Assembly: GCA_028864975.1 (NCBI GenBank)
Contig: JAGWLG010000010.1
Location: 1-64,000, forward strand
Origin: Thermoplasmata archaeon
GTDB lineage: Archaea > Thermoplasmatota > Thermoplasmata > Lutacidiplasmatales > UBA184
Length of the DNA: 64,000 nucleotides
Direction: 5' to 3'
A model generated the notes under the pieces. That model saw nothing but the letters and a program-made list of their open reading frames with translations. It did not search any database and was not told the DNA's origin. Shown here one piece after another: positions 55,541 through 64,000 of this stretch (positions are counted from its first letter, which is position 1; every line of letters starts with the position of its first letter). Both the position numbers and the translations under genes were made by a program.

Positions 55541-58500
55541 GCGTCCTCCGCGGGGCTCGAGGCGTCCTCGCCCTTGATCTCAGGACCCGCAGCGGGACCC
55601 GAGCCCTCCGGCTCCACGGTCGAGGACGGGGAGGGTCGCGTGGGGGCGGACGACGCGGCGGGGGCCGTGGACGGTCGGTCCGTGTCCGCCGCCCCATCCG
55701 CGTCGTCCCCTGCGGTGGGGAGAGACCCCCCGCGGGCGCCCTGCGTCCTATCGGACCCCCTACCGCGCGGGGAGGGCTCCCTTCCCCTCCGGTGGAGCAC
55801 CATCGCGAGCAGACCCATCGCCAGGATCGCCACGAGCCCGGCGAGGAGGGCGATCGGCGCCAGGCTCGCGTTGTCGATGCTCACCGTCTGCGAGAAGCTG
55901 CGGCTCTCTCCGAGCGAGTTCACTGCCGTGACGGTGACCAGGTGGTGCCCGTTGGGATACTGCGCGGTGTTGAGGCTCATCGACGCGGTGACCGGCGTGC
56001 CGCTCGCCGGGGCGAGCTCCATCGCGACCTGGGGGCCGCCATCGATCTGGAACCAGGCCGCCTGGAGGCCAGCAGGGTCGCTCAAGGTGACCGTGTAGGT
56101 CACGGTGCCGCTGAGGACCGGCACGCCCGGCTCCGCGAAGGCGGCGACCGTGCCGCTAAGGTCGATCTCGAAGGTGACGCTCGCCACCGCTTCGCGGTTC
56201 CCGGCGAGGTCCGTCCCGTAGTAGTAGACCGTGGTCGCCCCGGTGGTGGTGTACGTCAAGGGCGTCAGGTAAACGTGCCACGGGCCGTTCGCAGAAGCAT
56301 TGCTGTAGAGGATCGTGTCGACCCCGCTGCCACCGTTGTCCGTCGCCGAGAGCGAGAGCGCGACCGGCGTTGCGTACCATCCGGAGGCCGTGAGGTTCCC
56401 CGAGAGCGAGGCCGCGGTCACCGGCGGGGTCGAGTCGATGCGGACCGTCTGCGACTCGACGGGCTCGACAAGCCCCGAGCCGCTCACCGAGTAGAACCGC
56501 AGGGCGTGCACGCCGTCGCCCGCGACGAGGAGGGCACTCCCCCGCGTCCAGTTCGAACCGTCCAGGCTCCAGTAGGTGGAAGCGATGCCGCTTGGTCCCC
56601 CCTTGGCCGTCAGGGTGACCGGGACGCTGGAGGCCGTGTACCACCCTCCTTGCACGTTGGAGGTCGTCAACGGGACCACGGCATCGACCTCGATCGTAAC
56701 CGTCGAGCTCGGTCCTTGGACCCCGGAGTTCGAGACGGCGTAGGCGCTCAAGAGCGTCGAACCCAGGGCGGAGATCGAGAACGGTCCCGTGTAGATGGTC
56801 GGAGCGCCCGAGCCGACCTGGTCGACGATCTCACGCACGCCGCTCGGACCGGGGCTCGCCGAGAGCGAGACCGTGACCGGCCCGGTATACCACCCAGAGG
56901 TCCCGAGGGGGCCGGTGAGGACGATGGCCACAGACGGGGCGACCGGGTCCACGATCGTCGAGGCCTCTGACCCGGGGAACGTCCCGCGGTTGCCCGCGAG
57001 GTCCTGCCCCACGGCCGCGAACTCGTACGTACCGGCCCCGGGGGCGCTGAACGTGAACGGGCTGGCCGTGATGAGGGTGGTCGACGCGAGCGACCAGGTG
57101 GTCCCCGAGCTGTTGGACCAGTAGATCCAGACCCCGGCGACGCCGCTCCCTCCAGGGTCGCTCGCGGACCACGGGACGGGGAAGGACATCGCGGTCTCGA
57201 ACGCGGGCAATGGCAGGACCGTGGCGCGCGGCGGCTGGGTGTCGACCATGAAGCGCTCCGAGCTCGACCAGCCCGCCGTACCGCCGGAGGCCGAGACGGC
57301 CTCGACACGCCAGTACCAGTTCCCGTCCGTCAGGACCACGCCGAGCGAGGTGCCCGCGAGGCCGCCGTAGGTCTGGGTCCCGGGGCCGAAGGTCGCGCTG
57401 GAGGAGACCTGCGCCGTGTAGGACGCGTTCGCGTTCGCCACCGGAGACCAGACGAGGGTCGCCCCGCTCGAGTTGACGAAGCTTCCCGTGAGCGGGGAAA
57501 CCGGGGTCGGGACCGCGAGGGCCCAGACGTTGAAGGGGACGCTCGGGGCCACGTTGGGAGGGATCGCCTGGTCATAGGCCCCGAGCTGCTGCACGCCGGG
57601 GGTCGAGGGCACGGTGAAGGCGACCGCTCCCCAGCCCTGCGCGTTCGTGCCGACGGTGGTCCCGAACAGCGGCAGGCCGTTCCACGAGAGGGTGACCGCG
57701 TTGGAGGCCGCGAAGCCCGCGAGCAGGACCGACACCGAGTTCCCCTCGTAGGTCGAGGTCGTCGTCGGGAAGATCTTCGGGGTCTCCGTGAACGCGACGG
57801 AGTTGGGGACGTTCCCGAGGCTGTCGTACCCGCTGATCGCGTGCGCTCCGGCGGGCGCCGCCGGGACCGTGAAGGCGATGACCACCGTGCCCAGCACGTT
57901 CGTCATCTGTTGGATGCCGGTGGGTCCACCGTCCCAGGTGACCTGGACGTAGGAGAGGGCGCCCATGCCCTGGTAGGTGAGCGTGTCCACCGACAGGAAC
58001 GGACCGCTGGTGGCCGACTCGGAGAGCGAGGGCTCGACCGTGAAGTTCGCGAGCGCGCTGTGGGCGGCGCTGTCGTTCGCCCAGACCGGGTAGGGGCCGG
58101 CCGCGCGCGTGGGGACCGTGAACGTGGTGGCGAAGACCCCCGTCGCGTTGGCACTCGCCGTGGCGAGCGCGGTGGCGATCCCCTTCCAGAAGATCGAGAC
58201 GGTGGCGCTAGGACCAAAGTTGAACCCCAGCGCGGTAACGGTCGAGTTGACCACGCCGGCGTTGGGCACGAGGAGGAGCACCGGGCCCACGAGGAAGAAA
58301 GCCGGGGCCACCACCCCGTTGGCGTCGAGCGCGACCACGGGGTGGACACCGCGGTATGCCCCGACCGGGACCGTCCACGTGCCGAAGGCGGCCGGGAGGA
58401 CCGCGCCCGTCGCGTTCGAAGTGATCCCGGCCCCGAACCCGAAGATGGTCCGCTGCGTCGCGAGACCGTAGTCCCAGAGGAGGGCGACCCCGGCGTTCGC

Positions 58501-60084
58501 GCTCAGCCCTTCCGCGTAGGTGATCAGGACCGTGCTCCCCGCGGCTCCGGCGAAGGGGCGCAGGGTGAGCGAGGCCTCGATGGTGAAGGTGGCTCCGGCG
58601 GAGGGACCCGTCGCCGGGGTGAAGGTCACGGTGTGGCCCCCGTTCCACGCCGGGGGGGCGCCGTTGGAGAAGGAGAACCCGCCCCGGGTGTTGGTGGCCC
58701 CGGTGGCGAGGGTGTGCTGGTCCCCGAGCCCGAAATCCCAGTAGACCGTGATCGCCGAGGAGCCCGCGAAGCCGGTCCCCACCCCCGAGAAGGCCGTTCC
58801 CACCGGGCCGCTCGCCGGGGCGAGGAGGACCTGGGGGACGATCTGGAAGTTGTCGGTGGCACCGTGGCCGGCGACGTCGAGGCCCTCGACGGTGTGCGAG
58901 CCCGCCGTGTCCGCGGGGATCGTGACCCCGACCACGAAGCTCCCGGCGGGGTCCGTGGTCCCGCTCGCCAGGAGCGCCCGGTTCGGTCCCGTGGGGGACC
59001 AGATCACCTGGTAGGAGGTCAAGGGCGAGAACCCGTCGCCCGCTACGGTCGCGGTGCTGCCCACGAACCCCGAGCCCGGCGAGATCGACACCGACGCGGC
59101 GAGCGCGAAGGGGGCGGAGGCGGTGTCACCGGCATCGTCCGTCATCTGGACGATGTAGATGCCGGCCGGGTCCGCGGGGACGTTGAACCCGCAGTTGATC
59201 CCGCCGTTGCCGCTCAGGCCCGAGCCCGTGCAGCTGTCGCCGGGTAGACCTCCGGCCCCGTTCCACGTGAGCGAGACGATGTTCCCGCCGTTGTCATAGC
59301 CCGTTCCGACGACGGTGATCCCCTGGCCGACGTTCCCGGTCGCAGGGAACAGCTGGAGGTCGGTCACGGTGATGAAGGTCGCGGTCGCGGTGTAGCCGTT
59401 GTTGTCGCGCAGGGTGACGAAGTGGTTCCCCGCCACGCTCGAGGGGACCGTGAACGAGCAGGTGACGTTCCCCTGGGCGTCGATCCCGGCACCGTTGCAG
59501 CTGCTGCCCCCAAGGGGGCCGCCCGACCCGTCCCAGGAGATCCGGTTGATGGTCCCGCCGGTGCTCCAGCCGGTCCCCGTGACGCTGACCACGGTGTTCA
59601 CCGGGCCCGAGGAGGGGCTCATTGCGAACGTGGGGCTGACCGTGAAGGACGCGGTCGCGGTGTTTACCCCCTGGACCACGGCGACGTTGGCCGTTCCCGC
59701 GTTGCCCCACCACAGGTCGATCGTGACGTCGAGGTTGCCCCCGGCGGAGGTCGTGCAGCTCCCTGCGAGCGCTCCGGGGCCTCCCGCCTGGCAGAAGAGG
59801 AGGATCTGGCCCCCGGCGAACGTGATGGTGCCAGTGACGGCGGCGGTCGCGCCCCATCCCCCGCCGGTGATGCGCAGCGGGGTCCCCACGGTGGCCGTGG
59901 TCGGGTTCACGGAGATAGAGGCCGCCGGTAGCGCGTGTGCGCCGGGAACCAACATCATGAGCATCAGCCCCACGACCAGGAAGGCGACGCGAACGGTCGG
60001 GCGACGGAGCCGCGGGGCGAGGGCCCCCACAGGCGAGTTCGGCGCAACCCCGGCGGCCCTGCACTCAGCTACCTCTGCTTGCAT
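55537..60084 (-). CDS. Large cell-surface protein with tandem Ig-like repeats and C-terminal TM
   Basis: Signal-like segment, nine P..G..G..V.V.G.G-type repeats, an FN3-like segment, D..PP-type Ig repeats, a final Ig-like domain, TM helix and disordered tail. Confidence 0.88.
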   Translation of the reverse strand: MQAEVAECRAAGVAPNSPVGALAPRLRRPTVRVAFLVVGLMLMMLVPGAHALPAASISVNPTTATVGTPLRITGGGWGATAAVTGTITFAGGQILLFCQAGGPGALAGSCTTSAGGNLDVTIDLWWGNAGTANVAVVQGVNTATASFTVSPTFAMSPSSGPVNTVVSVTGTGWSTGGTINRISWDGSGGPLGGSSCNGAGIDAQGNVTCSFTVPSSVAGNHFVTLRDNNGYTATATFITVTDLQLFPATGNVGQGITVVGTGYDNGGNIVSLTWNGAGGLPGDSCTGSGLSGNGGINCGFNVPADPAGIYIVQMTDDAGDTASAPFALAASVSISPGSGFVGSTATVAGDGFSPLTSYQVIWSPTGPNRALLASGTTDPAGSFVVGVTIPADTAGSHTVEGLDVAGHGATDNFQIVPQVLLAPASGPVGTAFSGVGTGFAGSSAITVYWDFGLGDQHTLATGATNTRGGFSFSNGAPPAWNGGHTVTFTPATGPSAGATFTIEASLTLRPFAGAAGSTVLITYAEGLSANAGVALLWDYGLATQRTIFGFGAGITSNATGAVLPAAFGTWTVPVGAYRGVHPVVALDANGVVAPAFFLVGPVLLLVPNAGVVNSTVTALGFNFGPSATVSIFWKGIATALATASANATGVFATTFTVPTRAAGPYPVWANDSAAHSALANFTVEPSLSESATSGPFLSVDTLTYQGMGALSYVQVTWDGGPTGIQQMTNVLGTVVIAFTVPAAPAGAHAISGYDSLGNVPNSVAFTETPKIFPTTTSTYEGNSVSVLLAGFAASNAVTLSWNGLPLFGTTVGTNAQGWGAVAFTVPSTPGVQQLGAYDQAIPPNVAPSVPFNVWALAVPTPVSPLTGSFVNSSGATLVWSPVANANASYTAQVSSSATFGPGTQTYGGLAGTSLGVVLTDGNWYWRVEAVSASGGTAGWSSSERFMVDTQPPRATVLPLPAFETAMSFPVPWSASDPGGSGVAGVWIYWSNSSGTTWSLASTTLITASPFTFSAPGAGTYEFAAVGQDLAGNRGTFPGSEASTIVDPVAPSVAIVLTGPLGTSGWYTGPVTVSLSASPGPSGVREIVDQVGSGAPTIYTGPFSISALGSTLLSAYAVSNSGVQGPSSTVTIEVDAVVPLTTSNVQGGWYTASSVPVTLTAKGGPSGIASTYWSLDGSNWTRGSALLVAGDGVHALRFYSVSGSGLVEPVESQTVRIDSTPPVTAASLSGNLTASGWYATPVALSLSATDNGGSGVDTILYSNASANGPWHVYLTPLTYTTTGATTVYYYGTDLAGNREAVASVTFEIDLSGTVAAFAEPGVPVLSGTVTYTVTLSDPAGLQAAWFQIDGGPQVAMELAPASGTPVTASMSLNTAQYPNGHHLVTVTAVNSLGESRSFSQTVSIDNASLAPIALLAGLVAILAMGLLAMVLHRRGREPSPRGRGSDRTQGARGGSLPTAGDDADGAADTDRPSTAPAASSAPTRPSPSSTVEPEGSGPAAGPEIKGEDASSPAEDA

Positions 60085-60429
60085 GCGATGTCCTCCTTCG
60101 GATGGCGAAGGAGCATGATCCGGGACCCCGGGGCTCCCGAGGGGAAGGACGCCCCGCCAGCGTCACGGCTGCGAGGGGCGGGTCGCGGGGCCGGTGGAGG
60201 GAAGGCGCTCCGTCCGACGGTCCTCCCCAAGACCCGCTCAAGATGCCGCGTTGGACCCTCGGCGGGCCTCGGACGTACCATCGAACGACCACTACCCTGT
60301 CCGGAGGAGACATCCTTTTTGGCGCAAGGCCCGAACCGCGGCACCGACGCGCGTTCCGTCGATCCCGAGGGCAGACGGCCGACGCGGAGGGCGACACCCT
60401 CCGAGACCGTCCGCGCGAGGGGCCACGCA

Positions 60430-61584
60430 TCAGGTCGAGCATCGCGGGCAGGAGAGCACCCTCACTCCGGTGAGCGCCGAGGGGATCAGGGAGCTTCCAC
60501 ATCGTCGGCAAGCGGGAAAGGCGGGTCGAGCGCCGCCCCTTCCCATCTTCACCGAGGAGGACGCGAGCGCGTCCTTCGACGGCGTGGCCCGCGCTCGGAC
60601 CGCGACCGTACCCAGGACGACCGCGAGCAGCGCGGCGGCCGCGATCGTCCCCAGGACCGGGGGCGAGAGGACCCAAGCCGGCACCAGCGCCCTCGGGAAG
60701 TGTAGGGTGCTAAGGGCCACCGTGGGATCGTAGGAGAGCGAAGCATAACCGCCAGGGGCTCCGACGAAGAGCAGGTCGACGGACGAACTCTGGTCGTCGC
60801 TCGAGCCCTGGACGGAGCTCACGACGGAGACGGAAGCGCCAGCGCCGCCAGGGTAGCTGACCGAGGCCGTCGGTCCCCAGGTCAGACTAGCGATCGGCGA
60901 GCCCGAGCCGCCCCCCGACTCCTCGACGTCCTCCCCCGAGCTTCCGGAGGTGAGGTTCGTCGCTTGGGCCGCGCGGGCACCGAGCACCAATCCCAGGCTG
61001 TCCGAGGGATCCTGCCACGGCCAGCCCGAGGCCTGGACGTCGAACTTCACCCTCCAGTCGGAGCTGCCGCCGCTGTTCGAGAGATGGAAGGTCAAGGCGA
61101 CGTCGATCGGGGTGGAGTTCCCGTAGACGTAGTCGAGAGGCTCCGAGGTGTTCCAGGTCCCCGTCGCGGGAGAGGCGCTCGGCGTGCCCGTGAGCTGCAC
61201 AAGGACTCCTGAGGAGGTGGTCGACCAGGAGAGGTTCCAGCCGGGATCACCGTCTCCCAAGGGGGCGTACGCCACAACCTCCCCTGACGGCGCGACCTCG
61301 GCGAGACCCACAGCAGAGGCGCTGAAGTTCACCCGGCCATCCTGCACAGAAGAGACCCAGAACGTGGGGGTCTCTCCGGCGAACTGGAGCCGGACCTCTC
61401 CGTTCGTCCAGGTGAAAGGTGCAGGGTGCGGGTCCTCCGACGGCGCGCCCGGCGTGTCGGCACGGGCGGAGGAGGCCCCCAGGGTGAGGAGCAGGAGGGC
61501 GGCTACGAAGGTCGCGAGGAGGGTGGGGAGAGCTCGGCCCCGGAAGGCGGCGGTCCGGCGAGAGAGGAAGGTCGAGTCGTTCAC
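60430..61584 (-). CDS. Secreted, C-terminally anchored protein with cytoplasmic CxxC..CxxC tail
   Basis: Signal peptide (LLATFVAALLLLTLGASSARA), beta-rich S/G-rich body, TM helix, CRRC..CPRC. GTG start 61584 inferred. Confidence 0.7.
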   Translation of the reverse strand: MNDSTFLSRRTAAFRGRALPTLLATFVAALLLLTLGASSARADTPGAPSEDPHPAPFTWTNGEVRLQFAGETPTFWVSSVQDGRVNFSASAVGLAEVAPSGEVVAYAPLGDGDPGWNLSWSTTSSGVLVQLTGTPSASPATGTWNTSEPLDYVYGNSTPIDVALTFHLSNSGGSSDWRVKFDVQASGWPWQDPSDSLGLVLGARAAQATNLTSGSSGEDVEESGGGSGSPIASLTWGPTASVSYPGGAGASVSVVSSVQGSSDDQSSSVDLLFVGAPGGYASLSYDPTVALSTLHFPRALVPAWVLSPPVLGTIAAAALLAVVLGTVAVRARATPSKDALASSSVKMGRGGARPAFPACRRCGSSLIPSALTGVRVLSCPRCST

Positions 61585-61699
61585 GGTCGTTCCTGACCGG
61601 TCTAGTTCGGCCAGATGGTCAAGCGTTTTGGCGCAGGGTCCGAACTGGCTGGTGCAAGCTCTGGAGGGGGACGGCTCCCGGACACCGACCGCCATGGGT

Positions 61700-62224
61700 T
61701 CATTCCCTCAGGAGGCCGACGAAGGCCTCCAGGAACCGGTCCACGAGGCGATCATCGAAGCTCTCGCGGTAGGACCGGAGGAGCCCCTGCACACGGGCGG
61801 GGGAGGTCGGGCGGTAGCGGCGCGACTCGCCCTCCAGGTAGCTCTCGACGACCCCTCGCTCGATCATGTGGCGGAGATGGAAGGAGACCGTGGACCGGCT
61901 GAGCCCCACCCGGGAGGGGAGCTCCGCGAACGTGAGCCCCGGGGATGCGAGCATCTCGACGAGCAGCACGCGTTCGGCTGGGCTGCGGAGGAAGAGGAGG
62001 ATCTTTCGGTCCTCCCACGTCATCTCCTGGGGGAAGTAGCGGTCGCGTCCGCCCGCCCGCTCGCGGCGTAGCGCGCCGCCGCGCGTGAGCTGGTCCAAGT
62101 GGTACGCGGTCTGCCCCCAGCCCAGATGGAGCGCTCGTTGCAGCTCTCGCGCGCTGATCCCGGGGTTCGCGCGCACCGCTTCGAAGATGCGGCGACGGGT
62201 GCCTTGCTGGAGGAGCTCATCCAT
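61700..62224 (-). CDS. Tandem winged-helix transcriptional regulator
   Basis: TRRRIFEAVRANPGISAREL..YHLDQL and a second unit PGLTFAEL..STVSFHLRHM. Confidence 0.9.
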   Translation of the reverse strand: MDELLQQGTRRRIFEAVRANPGISARELQRALHLGWGQTAYHLDQLTRGGALRRERAGGRDRYFPQEMTWEDRKILLFLRSPAERVLLVEMLASPGLTFAELPSRVGLSRSTVSFHLRHMIERGVVESYLEGESRRYRPTSPARVQGLLRSYRESFDDRLVDRFLEAFVGLLRE

Positions 62225-62516
62225 GCCCGGGGACCGTGGCGGTGGGCCTCCGTCGGACCACGGAGAGGTAAAGCAGGCCCGCGGCCGCCACGAGGATCAT
62301 GAGCGGGAGCGAGGCGACCTGAAGACGCGCGCCGTAGAGGGGCGAGACCTCACCCACCAACGCGGCCACCCCGACCGCAGCGAGGAGGGTGAACGAGCCG
62401 GCAATGAAGTAGAGCCGCCGCTCCTCGTACCGTTTCGCCGCGAGGACGGCGATGAGGGCGAGAGTTCCCGCGAGACCCGCCAGAAGGACCGCCAAGAAGA
62501 CCGAGATGAGGTCCAC
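62217..62516 (-). CDS. Small 3-TM membrane protein coupled to the wHTH regulator
   Basis: Three hydrophobic helices and an 8-nt overlap with the regulator. GTG start inferred. Confidence 0.7.
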   Translation of the reverse strand: MDLISVFLAVLLAGLAGTLALIAVLAAKRYEERRLYFIAGSFTLLAAVGVAALVGEVSPLYGARLQVASLPLMILVAAAGLLYLSVVRRRPTATVPGHG

Positions 62517-62645
62517 GGCGTCTGCACGGACCTGTTGGCTATGAGGGCTCGGTGTGGGCGGCTGGGGGTTGCACCACACCGTTCGGAGCCTGCACCAAAA
62601 GCCTAGTCCCCTTCGTGGCGCCTCGAGGGTCCAGAGGTCGACAAC

Positions 62646-62894
62646 ATGGGCGCACTACCCTTGGTGCTGCTGGCCGTGATCGGGGCGACCGCCCTGGTCG
62701 CGCCGGCCGTCGTGCACCTCCCGGCGTTTTCCCATCCGGCCTCCGGTAGCGGAGCTTCCGGGTGTCCATCGGACACCCAGCCGAGCCCGGGGGACGGATC
62801 GGACGGACCCGGAGAGAACGAGAGCGAGATGGAGTACGAGAACGAGTCGAGCGACGATGGCTCCGATGGCGGCTCGGGCTCCTGCGGCTCGTGA
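62646..62894 (+). CDS. Small exported acidic peptide
   Basis: Hydrophobic N-terminus, then a D/E/S/G-rich tail flanked by two Cys. Confidence 0.6.
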   Translation: MGALPLVLLAVIGATALVAPAVVHLPAFSHPASGSGASGCPSDTQPSPGDGSDGPGENESEMEYENESSDDGSDGGSGSCGS

Positions 62895-63088
62895 GCACGA
62901 TGAGCGGACCTAGCGGTCAACGGCACCGTCCGCCGACCGGAAGCAGGGACCCCCGCGCCTCGAGGGCGGGCGGGGTCCCTGAACCCTTTCCCACCCCCGC
63001 GCGAGGACTCGCGAAGGCGAAGGAGGCGGGTCGCGGGAACTTCGCTTCGTCCCTGCCGCACCCACCGATCGCGCTCCTCCCCGGCTCC

Positions 63089-64000
63089 TTGCCGCGGCCC
63101 ACATCGCCCGTTCCCTCGCCCATCCGAGGGCCGCGCCCTCGCCATCACACTGCGTCTGGCCTTCGTGTTCCCATCCTGTTCCTTTCCGCGTGCCTGGTCT
63201 CGATGGTCCCGGGGTCGGTCGCCCATCCGACGATCGCCGGTGCCGCGAGCTGGACCCAGTTCCATGGCGACGCCGCGCTCACCGGCACGACGACGACCGG
63301 CGCCCCCGGTGGGACGACGCTCTACAGTGTCGACCTGACGCGCGACCTCGGGGCCGGCGTCGCGGACCCGCTCGGGAACGACTTCCCCTACCAAGCCTCC
63401 CCCGTCACGGACGGCACCAGCGTGTACGTCGCGCTCAACAACGCCGTGGTGTCCGTTTCCGCTGCCAGCGGGAGCTTCGAGTGGCTGCGCGGGATGCCGG
63501 GCGGCAGCGGCAATGGTCCGGTCGTCGGGACCCCGCTGCTCGACAACGGGATGCTCTATCTCGACCAGGATGGCGGCCCAAACGAGCTCGCCGCCCTCTA
63601 CCCGGGGAACGGCACGATCGCCTGGACCCTCACGTCGCCGAGCGGAGGCAACCCCTCCGCTTCCTCCGTCGTCGAGGAAGGGGGTATGCTCGTCCTGGCG
63701 GACACCTCGGGTGGGTTCTTCTGGCACCCTCCCTCTTCCACCGGCCTCTGGGGGGCTCCGGCGGTCCCCGGAGTGGCCGAGTATTTCGCGACGCCGAGCT
63801 TCACGGTCGTGAACGGGCAGGGTGCGGCGTGGGTACTGCCGGACCGTGGGAACCGTTCCCTCGACGCCTGGAGCCTGAGCGGGGTGCCCCTTCCAGGGTT
63901 CCCGGTCGCGACGGGACAGTCCCTGGACCGGCTCTTCTCGTCAGCGGCCCTCGTGAACCTGACCGCGCCGAGCGGTGCGGTCTCCACATGGGCCATCTTC
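63089..64000 (+). CDS. PQQ-type beta-propeller protein (partial, runs off the window edge)
   Basis: Frame with signal-like segment, SWTQFHGDAALTG, and repeats ASPVTDGTSVYVA..FEW and GTPLLDNGMLYL..IAW. Start uncertain. Confidence 0.8.
   Translation, partial: MPRPTSPVPSPIRGPRPRHHTASGLRVPILFLSACLVSMVPGSVAHPTIAGAASWTQFHGDAALTGTTTTGAPGGTTLYSVDLTRDLGAGVADPLGNDFPYQASPVTDGTSVYVALNNAVVSVSAASGSFEWLRGMPGGSGNGPVVGTPLLDNGMLYLDQDGGPNELAALYPGNGTIAWTLTSPSGGNPSASSVVEEGGMLVLADTSGGFFWHPPSSTGLWGAPAVPGVAEYFATPSFTVVNGQGAAWVLPDRGNRSLDAWSLSGVPLPGFPVATGQSLDRLFSSAALVNLTAPSGAVSTWAIF

Noticed and set aside
50552-60084. Repeats as CRISPR or mobile-element signatures
   Set aside because: The repeats are degenerate, in-frame protein-domain repeats (kelch, PKD, Ig-like). 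There are no identical spaced direct repeats, terminal inverted repeats or transposase.

Overview
This is a high-GC archaeal chromosome window. Archaeal identity rests on tiaS, raSEA, a CTP-dependent riboflavin kinase, LSm and TATA-like words about 30 nt before several start codons. Thermoplasmata affiliation is inferred from the DUF835 domains, a KaiC-like ATPase with an MKS Walker A variant, and zinc-ribbon and kelch/PKD surface proteins. About 55 real CDSs can be picked out from many GC-driven shadow ORFs. I saw no tRNA, rRNA, CRISPR array or transposase. Housekeeping genes are tiaS, hisS, nadE, raSEA, ribK, lsm, dnaK, hsp20, a thioredoxin and a sufS-like gene. Strongest candidate for an undescribed system (12.3-17.6 kb): two tandem ChlI-type AAA+ genes are transcribed divergently from a membrane-anchored protein whose N-terminal half resembles the cell-division protein CdvA. 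One AAA+ is intact and carries four zinc ribbons. The other is catalytically degenerate and carries a ~300-aa coiled coil. No chelatase large subunit, vWA domain, ESCRT-III or Vps4 is present in the window. Other highlights: (1) a bacterial-type His-Asp-His-Asp phosphorelay next to a DUF835/KaiC-like module; (2) a STAND-type ATPase with a DUF835 domain inserted between its Walker motifs; (3) a structured ~530-nt intergenic region partly resembling a lysine riboswitch; (4) a putative osmotic/ion-stress gene run; (5) two parallel cassettes of a large surface protein plus a coupled membrane protein. All family assignments come from motif recognition by eye, and no database search was run.
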